Of a DNA stretch of 64,000 nucleotides, positions 55,800-64,000 are shown one piece after another; within the stretch, counting starts at the first letter, position 1; every line of letters starts with the position of its first letter. Both the position numbers and the translations under genes were made by a program. The notes below the pieces were generated by a model. That model had not been told where the DNA came from, made no database searches, and saw nothing but the letters and a program-made list of their open reading frames with translations. Origin of the DNA: an uncultured delta proteobacterium (lineage in GTDB: Bacteria > Desulfobacterota > Binatia > UBA9968); assembly GCA_963755715.1 (NCBI GenBank), contig CAVWLW010000068.1:1-64000 (forward strand), in the 5' to 3' direction.

Positions 55800-57086
55800 G
55801 TGATAGCCTCGAAACAACTTTTTCGCCGCGCCATCACCAAGATTCCTGGTGGCGTGAATAGCCCTGTGCGTGCGTGGAATTCGGTTGGCGGCACGCCGCT
55901 TTTTATCGCGCGCGGGCGGGGCAGCTCTATTTTCGATGTCGAGGGCAGGCGGTATATCGATTTTGTCGGATCCTGGGGCCCGTTGATTCTCGGCCACGCG
56001 CATCCAAAGATCGTGCAGGTTCTGCAGCGGCGAGCAGCGAGCGGTTTTACCTTCGGTGCGCCAACGAAGTTGGAGCTGGAGCTGGCCGAGCTGGTTGAAA
56101 AGCTAGTTCCGTCTATCGAAAAGCTCCGTCTCGTCAGCTCCGGCACCGAGGCGACCATGAGCGCAATCCGACTGGCGCGCGCCTACACCGGTCGAAGAAA
56201 AATAGTCAAGTTCGACGGCTGTTACCACGGTCATTCCGATGGTTTGCTGGTTAAAGCGGGTTCCGGCGTCGCCACGTTAGGGCTGCCGGACAGCCCTGGT
56301 GTGCCGCCCGGTTTTACTCGCGAAACCTTGACGGCTAAATACAACGATGCCAATTCACTGAAAAAAGCTTTTGACCGCTACGGTAAAGATATTGCGGCTG
56401 TCATCGTCGAACCGATCTGCGGCAATCTCGGCGTCATCAAACCCCAGCCAGGTTTTCTCGAGGCTTTAAAAGAGATGACGCGGCGGAATGATTCCCTGCT
56501 GATCTTCGACGAGGTGATTAGTGGTTTTCGCGTGGCTCTCGGCGGCGCGCAGGCAATTTTTAAGATTGAACCCGACTTGACTTGTTTAGGGAAAATCTTA
56601 GGTGGCGGATTGCCGTTGGCAGCGTTTGGCGGCCGTAGAGAAATTATGGATTTACTTGCGCCGGTTGGGCCGGTCTATCAAGCCGGCACGCTTTCCGGTA
56701 ACCCGCTCGCGGTTTCGGCCGGCATCGCAACGTTGAAACTGTTGAGTCGTCAAGGTGTTTACGATCGGTTGGAGGCAAAGAGTAAATATCTCGAGGATGG
56801 TATTTCAGCTGTGCTCCATCAATGCCGCCTGCGCGCAGTTATCAACCGAGTCGGCTCGATGATGACGCTATTTTTTGGCGTCGATCAGGTGACCAGTCCG
56901 GATCACGCGCGAAAATGTGATCAAAAACAGTTCAGTAGCTTTTTCCACGCCATGCTCGAGCGCGGCGTCTATTTACCGCCCTCACCATTTGAGGCCATGT
57001 TCGTTTCCCTTGCCCATTCAACCGCTGATTTAAAAAAGACAATTTCAGCTTTTTCTCAATGGGCCCAAGCCGCTATGCGTGGTTGA
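55800..57086 (+). CDS. hemL: Glutamate-1-semialdehyde 2,1-aminomutase
   Basis: PGGVNSPVRA, SSGTEATMSAIR, GCYHGHSD, FDEVISGFR, LGKILGGG. Confidence 0.97.
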   Translation: MIASKQLFRRAITKIPGGVNSPVRAWNSVGGTPLFIARGRGSSIFDVEGRRYIDFVGSWGPLILGHAHPKIVQVLQRRAASGFTFGAPTKLELELAELVEKLVPSIEKLRLVSSGTEATMSAIRLARAYTGRRKIVKFDGCYHGHSDGLLVKAGSGVATLGLPDSPGVPPGFTRETLTAKYNDANSLKKAFDRYGKDIAAVIVEPICGNLGVIKPQPGFLEALKEMTRRNDSLLIFDEVISGFRVALGGAQAIFKIEPDLTCLGKILGGGLPLAAFGGRREIMDLLAPVGPVYQAGTLSGNPLAVSAGIATLKLLSRQGVYDRLEAKSKYLEDGISAVLHQCRLRAVINRVGSMMTLFFGVDQVTSPDHARKCDQKQFSSFFHAMLERGVYLPPSPFEAMFVSLAHSTADLKKTISAFSQWAQAAMRG

Positions 57087-57101
57087 CCCCTTGGGATAGG
57101 C

Positions 57102-57407
57102 ATGCTAGAAAATCTGCCCAGTGGGAAAAATTGGCGGCCGCCCCAAGGCCGGCTCGATAATCAACCTCCCTTCCTGCGACGGGCAGGCTTATATTTAGGA
57201 GTCGCATTTGAGCTGCCAGGTACCATCCTTGGCGGTCTGGTATTGGGATATTTTCTTGACGCTTACCTCGGCACGTCTCCATGGCTGCTGCTCGCGCTGA
57301 CCGCGCTCGCTTTCGTCGCCGCCTTCGTGAGACTGATGAAATGGGTAAGGTTTTTTGCCAAAGAGCGTAATGGAAGCCGCGGCGAGAAAGATGATCCTGA
57401 GAATTGA
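57102..57407 (+). CDS. AtpZ/AtpI-family small membrane protein
   Basis: GYFLD..GTSPW with two TM helices, upstream of atpB. Confidence 0.8.
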   Translation: MLENLPSGKNWRPPQGRLDNQPPFLRRAGLYLGVAFELPGTILGGLVLGYFLDAYLGTSPWLLLALTALAFVAAFVRLMKWVRFFAKERNGSRGEKDDPEN

Positions 57408-57768
57408 GCTGTGGCACGTGATCTTGCTTGCGGCGCTGTTGGCGACGCTCGGCCAAAGCAGATTTTTGGACCCGACGGCACTAGTCGCCGGCGGCATTTT
57501 CATGGGCGTCAATTTTCTCCTGTTGGCGTATGGCATCGCCTGGATATTGAGGCCGCTAGCTGGAAAAGGGCGAGTCAAAACAGGTGTCAGTTTACTGATT
57601 TTGAAGATTGCTATTTTTTTGGGACTGTTATCGACGTTGTTTTTTCGTTTTAATCTTGACGCGGTCTCGTTTGCCGCAGGCTTTTCGACCTTGATCATCG
57701 CGATTATTCTGGAAACGCTTCGCACGGCCGTAAAGGTAGGGACATCGAGCAATGGAACATCCGTTTAG
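57391..57768 (+). CDS. atpI: ATP synthase I chain
   Basis: Four TM helices, G..NF motif, immediately upstream of atpB. Confidence 0.75.
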   Translation: MILRIELWHVILLAALLATLGQSRFLDPTALVAGGIFMGVNFLLLAYGIAWILRPLAGKGRVKTGVSLLILKIAIFLGLLSTLFFRFNLDAVSFAAGFSTLIIAIILETLRTAVKVGTSSNGTSV

Positions 57769-58537
57769 TTGGCATAACTTGCTGCCGGAGGGATGGCAGC
57801 ATTCGATCGGCGATCACACTTTCTTCGCGATCGTATCAGCAATTCTATTGATCCTCTTCGCACTTAAAGCTCGTGGCGCTTTGGCCAAAGCCAGCGATCC
57901 GGTGATTCCGCCGGCAGAGCTCGGCACGCAGAACATCGCTGAGCTGTTGGTTCAACTGGTGGTCAGCCAAAGCGATCAAATCATCGGCAAGCAGGGGCGA
58001 AAATACGTTCCGTTCTTCGCGACCTTTTTCTTTTTCATTCTGTTCAGCAACTTGATGGGACTTCTGCCCGGCTTTGCCGCGCCCACAGGCAATCTCAACA
58101 CCACCATCGGATTGGCGCTCTGCTCTTTCATTGGCTACAACGTTATTGGAATACGCGAACAAGGGGCGAGCTACTTCAAGCACTTCGTCGGTCCGATGAC
58201 CAGTCTGCCCGGTAGCAGCTTGATCGCTAAATTGGCTTTCGTGCCGGTGCTGTTAATTTCCGTCTGCTTTTTTCTAATCTTAGAGCTTTTCTCTCATGGA
58301 TTTCGGCCGGTTTCTCTGTCATTGCGTCTATTCGGCAACATGATGGGCGACCATGAGGTTATCGGAGCGTTCATTGGCTTGACCAAACTGGTGATCCCAG
58401 TGGCGTTTTACGCCATGGGAACATTGGTTTCGATAATTCAGGCCTTTGTTTTTACATTGCTGAGCATGATCTACGTCGCCCTGGCGATCAGCCACGGCCA
58501 CGACGAAGAACCCGGACACGAAGCGCATCAATCTTAA
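57752..58537 (+). CDS. atpB: F0 subunit a
   Basis: FSNLMGLLPG, RPVSLSLRLFGNM, IQAFVFTLLS. Confidence 0.96.
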   Translation: MEHPFSWHNLLPEGWQHSIGDHTFFAIVSAILLILFALKARGALAKASDPVIPPAELGTQNIAELLVQLVVSQSDQIIGKQGRKYVPFFATFFFFILFSNLMGLLPGFAAPTGNLNTTIGLALCSFIGYNVIGIREQGASYFKHFVGPMTSLPGSSLIAKLAFVPVLLISVCFFLILELFSHGFRPVSLSLRLFGNMMGDHEVIGAFIGLTKLVIPVAFYAMGTLVSIIQAFVFTLLSMIYVALAISHGHDEEPGHEAHQS

Positions 58538-58632
58538 CATGCACATCAAGCACATCATTAAGCGATGGGCCGCCGTTGCGAGGATGAGGATAGAGGAGTG
58601 GCAGGCATAAGTCGCTGGAAAGGAGGAAGGAA

Positions 58633-58959
58633 ATGAAAAAGCTGTTTTCGCTCTTGAGCTCTTTTGGCATAACCCTTCTCAGTGTTGGGGTAGCCGTGGC
58701 GGCTGAAGGCGCAACTGCCGGGGGTGGTGATTCCACCAAGGCGGCCATTGCCCTTGCCGCTGGGCTTGGCGTTGCCATCGCCGCATTCGGCGCGGCGCTC
58801 GGTCAGGGTCGCGTCGGCGCGGCCGCGATGGAAAGCATCGGGCGCAATCCCAATGCCGCCGATCGGCTGTTTCTGCCGCTGGTTCTGAGCCTTGCGCTCC
58901 TTGAAGCGTTGGCGCTTTACGGCTTCGTTATCGCGATTATCTTGACCGGTAAGATTTAA
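58633..58959 (+). CDS. atpE: F0 subunit c with N-terminal signal-like extension
   Basis: GRNPNA loop, LALLEALALY. Confidence 0.95.
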   Translation: MKKLFSLLSSFGITLLSVGVAVAAEGATAGGGDSTKAAIALAAGLGVAIAAFGAALGQGRVGAAAMESIGRNPNAADRLFLPLVLSLALLEALALYGFVIAIILTGKI

Positions 58960-58979
58960 CGGGCTGTTTAAAGACTGCA

Positions 58980-59016
58980 AAAAGGGCGGGAAGAGAATTC
59001 TTTCCGCCCTTTTCTT
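58980..59016. terminator. Bidirectional intrinsic terminator
   Basis: AAAAGGGCGGGAAGA-GAAT-TCTTTCCGCCCTTTT between convergent genes. Confidence 0.85.
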
Positions 59017-59477
59017 TATCTTCCCGGCAATTCTACTTTGTGCAGATGTACCTGGGTGTAACGGAGCAATTCCTCCAGAGTGGGCAACTTATAGGGCTTC
59101 TCGTAGTAAATCTCTTTGATGCCCGTGTTGACCAAAACTTTGAGGCAGTGGATGCAAGGCGTGTGGGTGATGTAGATCGCGCCGTCTTTGATGCTGGCGC
59201 CGTTCTTCGCCGCCTGAGCGATGGCGTTCATCTCCGCATGAATGGTGCGAAAACAGTTTTGCTCCGTATCGCCGTTAGGCGTTTTTGATTCGTAAACGAG
59301 ACAGCCGACATCGGTGCAATGGGGCATTCCCGCCGGCGCGCCATTGTAACCGGTGGCGAGGATATTTTTATCGCGCACGATGACCGCGCCGACCTTCGCC
59401 CGGCTACAAGTGGAGCGCTCGGCCACCTGTTGGGTGATGGTCATGAAGTATTGGTCCCAGCTCAACCGTTCACTCAT
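59016..59477 (-). CDS. dCMP deaminase (ComEB-like)
   Basis: TGYNG, HAEMNA, PCIHC. Confidence 0.92.
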   Translation of the reverse strand: MSERLSWDQYFMTITQQVAERSTCSRAKVGAVIVRDKNILATGYNGAPAGMPHCTDVGCLVYESKTPNGDTEQNCFRTIHAEMNAIAQAAKNGASIKDGAIYITHTPCIHCLKVLVNTGIKEIYYEKPYKLPTLEELLRYTQVHLHKVELPGR

Positions 59478-59494
59478 GCATAACCTCCGCGACA

Positions 59495-60278
59495 CTACGC
59501 ATCCGCGCTCAATATAACCTTGTCACCGACTTTAACACCGCAGTTTTGCTGCGCGTTTCCTTTGTAAGCGGCGATCTCCAACATGCCCCAGCTGTTCACC
59601 AAGGCAGCCAGCTCGTTGGTTTTTACCGAGTCGTAGCTCGGTGCCAAACCGTGGATTACGCGCGCCCCGACGCCGATAGTTAATTTACCCAGCGGCAGTC
59701 CTGTCAAATCATGCTCATCGATGTTTGTAAACAGGTTGCCGTAGCCGTCGACGTATACAACCTCGCCTTCCAATCGGTTATGACTTTGCATGACTTTGGG
59801 CATTCTGAAGCCTAGTAAATGAAGCCAATTTGCCGCCAAAGGCGGACGGCGTAACACCCAAAGAAAGGTGCGCCGCCGCTGGCGCGAAGATATCCCGACC
59901 GTGGAAAGTCGCGCTGGTCGGCTCGAGACGATAATCCGGATTACTCAACTCAAAAACTTGCAGCGATTCCGCGGCTGCTGTAGCCAAGCTGAGCACGCCG
60001 TTATCAGGCCCGATGAAATAGTTTCCAGCCGATTCGATCAGGAGCGGGCGGCGCGAGCCACCGACGCCGGGGTCGACCACCACGACGTGAATAGAGTCTC
60101 GCGGAAAGTACGCGACGGAATGGCGTAGAGCCAACGCCGCCGCCATGACGTCCTGCGGCGGAATGCCGTGTGTTAAATCAATCACCTGCGCTTTTGGATT
60201 GATCCCGGCAATGACCCCTTTCATGATCCCGACGAAGGGATCGCGATGGCCGAAGTCTGTGGTGAGCGTAATCAGCAT
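59495..60278 (-). CDS. SAM hydroxide adenosyltransferase (DUF62 family), frameshift near 59815
   Basis: ITLTTDFG, VVDPGVG, GPDNG, TFHGRDIFAP, VDGYGNLFTN. Confidence 0.9.
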
Positions 60279-60333
60279 AAAACCGCGTTCAAGGCAGGAA
60301 TCATCTAACCAGAAAAGGTTTTGCGCGTAAAGA

Positions 60334-61686
60334 ATGCCCGGGCGACCTGTAGCCATGCCGCCCTTTCCACCGCCGGCCGGAAGGGCTATAAGAAGTGTTG
60401 CTTCCCCTCCAGTTCTGCTTCTGAGGAGTTTTCTAATTCACGTCCTACAACCATTACGCCATAAAAACTACGCTCTTTTTGGCAGCAGCGATTTTATCGC
60501 TTCGATCGGCCAGTTAGTTAGAGAGATCGCACTCTACTGGCTGGCGTACGAGATAACCGGCTCGGCCATGGCGCTCGGAATCCTCGCGCTCTGCGAAGCG
60601 ACGCCCCGCCTTGTCCTAAGCGTCCTTGGCGGCGTCATCGTCGATCGCTATGACCGATTGCGTCTTCTTACCGTGATTCAATTCCTCTGCGCGGTACCGG
60701 TTTTTGCGATGGTTGTGCTCTACTTTCTCGGCGTATTGCGGTTTTGGCACATCGCCGTACTGGAAACCCTATTATCGATCATTCGCAGCATGAACCCGAC
60801 TGCGAGCCAATCGTTGCTGCATGACTTGGTGCCGCAAGACGAGCTGATGAATACCGTCGCGCTGTATTCGTTGGGGTTTAATTTCGCGCGCATCGTTGGC
60901 CCATCCCTTGGCGGTGTTCTGGTTCTTTGGATTGGCGTGGGCGGCTGTCTTATTTTTTACGGCGTGGCGCTGTTGATTTCAGGATTTGAATTACTGCCTA
61001 TCCGGCTTTCGGTCGAAACCAAGATAAGACCTTCATCAAACTGGGTTCACGAGATTAGAGAAGGGCTGGATTTCATCCGATCTTCTCCGCTGGTGCTGGC
61101 CAGCACGTTGGCGGCTTACGCACTCAGTGCATTCGTCGGAACCTACCAGCGGTTTTTGCCCATTTTTGCCAAAGATATTCTAAAAACCGGTCCGGCAGGT
61201 TTGGGCGCGCTTACGGCGGCGTCTGGTATCGGCGCCGTTCTGTCGCTGGTTTTTTTGGACGCTGTGGGGCGGCGTTGGCGGCGTGAGACACTCCTTTGGT
61301 TTAGCTCTAAAGTGACTCCTTTGCTCCTCGTTCTTTTTTGTCTGTCGCGCAGTTTGTGGTTTTCGGTTCTCTTGATGGGATTGCTGGGCGCCGCGCAGAT
61401 CCTTTTTCGCACGGTCAGTCGGTTGATTATACAAGTGGAAGCGCCGCGTGAATTAATCGGACGGGTTATGAGCGTCTTCTTGATGGATCAAGGCATGCGT
61501 TCAATTGGATCGATGATCATGGGCGCCTTTGCAACGATCTTCGGTGCTGCGTTGGGGCTTTCTTTATGTTCGGTTGTCTCTATCGGGTTTACCACCTTGA
61601 CCTTCTATCGCTTAATCGGTTGGCCGAATTGGCTGAACTTGAAAATCGTGAATGAGCCCGGATCAAATCGTCAGCGAACGTTATAA
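60334..61686 (+). CDS. MFS transporter (start codon uncertain)
   Basis: About 12 TM helices, GGVIVDRYDRLR motif A, NFARIVGP. Confidence 0.88.
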   Translation: MPGRPVAMPPFPPPAGRAIRSVASPPVLLLRSFLIHVLQPLRHKNYALFGSSDFIASIGQLVREIALYWLAYEITGSAMALGILALCEATPRLVLSVLGGVIVDRYDRLRLLTVIQFLCAVPVFAMVVLYFLGVLRFWHIAVLETLLSIIRSMNPTASQSLLHDLVPQDELMNTVALYSLGFNFARIVGPSLGGVLVLWIGVGGCLIFYGVALLISGFELLPIRLSVETKIRPSSNWVHEIREGLDFIRSSPLVLASTLAAYALSAFVGTYQRFLPIFAKDILKTGPAGLGALTAASGIGAVLSLVFLDAVGRRWRRETLLWFSSKVTPLLLVLFCLSRSLWFSVLLMGLLGAAQILFRTVSRLIIQVEAPRELIGRVMSVFLMDQGMRSIGSMIMGAFATIFGAALGLSLCSVVSIGFTTLTFYRLIGWPNWLNLKIVNEPGSNRQRTL

Positions 61687-62628
61687 TTCCTCCAATATCG
61701 CCGCAAACAACAGCGGCACCATGATTTCCATGTGACCGGTCAACTGGTACCCCTTGCCGCTTTGCATCGTCGGGCGATTGACGACATTGGTCAACGGCCG
61801 GTAATGCTGAAGAAAGTCAAGATTCACCGTCATGAGGTTCTGCACGGGATGACCCAAATTGCGCGCCAAGCTCACGGCTTTCAGAAAAACTTCGGGTAAA
61901 ACCACCGCCGAGCCGAAATTCAAATAAACCCCCCGATCCAAAGTCGCAACCACGGACGTGAGTGTGCGAAAATCACGCAAGCTGCAATCGCCGAGCGCTT
62001 TGCCGTCGGCCTTCGGGTGCATGTGAATAATGTCCGTACCGATGGCGACATGACAGGTAACCGGGATCCCCAATCGCGCCGCCGTAGCGAGAATGCTTAG
62101 CTTACGATGCGGCAGGCGATTTTTTACAATCGCTTGTCCGACGGCGGCGCCGATGCCGAGCTGATTCTTCGACCCTTCGCTGATCGCTTGATTGATAAAC
62201 GCGCCGGTCTCTTCGCCCATGCCGAAGCTCCCGTCCTTCAGCGTCGCTGCGACATCTTCGGACGTCTCGCCCATGAAAGCGAGTTCGAAATCGTGAATCA
62301 CGCCGGCGCCGTTGAGCGCCAAGGCGTGAATAATACCGCGCTCCATGAAATCGATGATCAACGGACTCAGCCCGACTTTGACCGGATGGGCGCCCATCCC
62401 CAGCAAAACGGTTCTGTTCTTGCGGTGGCATTCGGCAATCTTAGCAGCGATGATTTTGAGATTCTCCGCGGCAAGAATGTCCGGCAAGCCGCGTATGAAA
62501 GCGCCGAGGCTAGCGCCCTTCTTAAGGCGTTTGCCGAGCAGCGAAGTTTGAACTTTACTGAATCTTTTTGTGACCGGATAAGTGCGGACTTTGGCGAAAT
62601 CGAGAGGTTTAAATTGTTTGTGCGCCAT
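61681..62628 (-). CDS. Conserved protein with deoxyhypusine-synthase-like fold
   Basis: GAHPVKVGL, NGAGVIHD, HVAIGTDIIH, GSAVVLPEVFLK. Confidence 0.7.
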   Translation of the reverse strand: MAHKQFKPLDFAKVRTYPVTKRFSKVQTSLLGKRLKKGASLGAFIRGLPDILAAENLKIIAAKIAECHRKNRTVLLGMGAHPVKVGLSPLIIDFMERGIIHALALNGAGVIHDFELAFMGETSEDVAATLKDGSFGMGEETGAFINQAISEGSKNQLGIGAAVGQAIVKNRLPHRKLSILATAARLGIPVTCHVAIGTDIIHMHPKADGKALGDCSLRDFRTLTSVVATLDRGVYLNFGSAVVLPEVFLKAVSLARNLGHPVQNLMTVNLDFLQHYRPLTNVVNRPTMQSGKGYQLTGHMEIMVPLLFAAILEEL

Positions 62629-62645
62629 GCTGCGAATCAAGGTAG

Positions 62646-63222
<577 letters not shown>

Positions 63223-63226
<4 letters not shown>

Positions 63227-64000
63227 GACGCCTTCTCGTAGTGTCTGGCCATCTGGCTTTGCAAGCCGCGCTGCGCCAACGCCTCTTCGAACCATTGGCG
63301 CACGATCGGTTCTTCGTCGCCGTATTCGATCTGCGCGCCGCCTTTTTTGCGGTCGACGGCGCCCTGATAGCGTGGGCGGACGCCCTGGTATTTCTTGCTG
63401 CCGAAGGCGCGCAGCGCCAGATAGCGCGCCGGTTTGGCGCCGGCGTTGAAATGCTGATGCCACCAGTTTTCCGGCGGCACGACCATGCTGCCTTCATGCC
63501 ACTCGTATTTTTTAAGCGGCGCGCCGTCGGGCCAGATTAGCGAGTAACCCTCGCCGCCGAGGATAATCACATGGGCACCGGCGCCATGGCGATGGGCCTT
63601 TTTATAGGTTCCGACGGGGAATTCTGAAATATGGCAAGCCGTGGTGTTTTCCGATAGCTCGAATTTAATGTTGCTGCCGCCGGCGCCACGTTCGTTGTAG
63701 TCCAGCAATTTGAAACCGCGGGCGTCAGGAACAAAATTTGTCTCCCAGACATTGCCCGCGAACTTGAACCCTTTGTAGTCGCCGGCGTACAGAATACCCT
63801 CGCCGTTGAAATAACTCTGGCGCGCGTCGAAGCGGTCGGCAAAGGCGAAATCGTTGTGGAAAATGAAATCCAAGTTATGCAGCAGATTGATCATTGTCGG
63901 CGCGGTGGTGACGGCGAGGTAACGCGCCGGCTCGCTGCCGCTGCCGTTGAAAAGCTGGTGCCAAGTATTGAGCGGCGGTGAAAAGAGCGAGCCTGCTTGC
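63223..64000 (-). CDS. Bicupin-like protein, 5' end outside the window
   Basis: LFSPPLNTWHQLFN and YKKAHRHGAGA..PPENWWHQHFN. Confidence 0.8.

Noticed and set aside
59495-60278. Fluorinase/chlorinase halogenation system
   Set aside because: It has the FHGRD motif typical of DUF62 SAM hydrolases and sits in a housekeeping context with no biosynthetic cluster.

Overview
Bacterial chromosomal window with moderately high GC. The many orphan solute-binding proteins, the amidohydrolase/Rieske catabolic genes and the hemL-atpZ-atpI-atpB-atpE block resemble Candidatus Binatia / deltaproteobacteria-like genomes; this assignment is inference only. About 1-52 kb is accessory, catabolic and oxidative-stress DNA: oxyR/katG/fur, an orphan PTS enzyme I, about 14 solute-binding proteins with no permease or ATPase, two toxin-antitoxin (TA) pairs, two radical SAM enzymes, a ferritin-like protein and phthalate/protocatechuate-type enzymes. 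52.7-64 kb is core DNA: dnaN, dnaA, a bipartite oriC, hemL, F0 ATP synthase genes and gmhA. Many genes carry small indels and the first ~550 bp are low quality, most likely long-read errors. Main unexplained signals: (1) a 20.1-29.2 kb insertion array in which the promoter and 5' end of one FAD-oxidoreductase gene occur three times, each interval holding cargo genes and ending in a divergent TA pair; (2) an in-frame TGA (CxxU) AhpD-like selenoprotein with a SECIS-like hairpin, split by the ORF track; (3) a CX8CX2C radical SAM operon; (4) a katG replacement scar; (5) a co-oriented ~9-nt GTTC intergenic repeat family.
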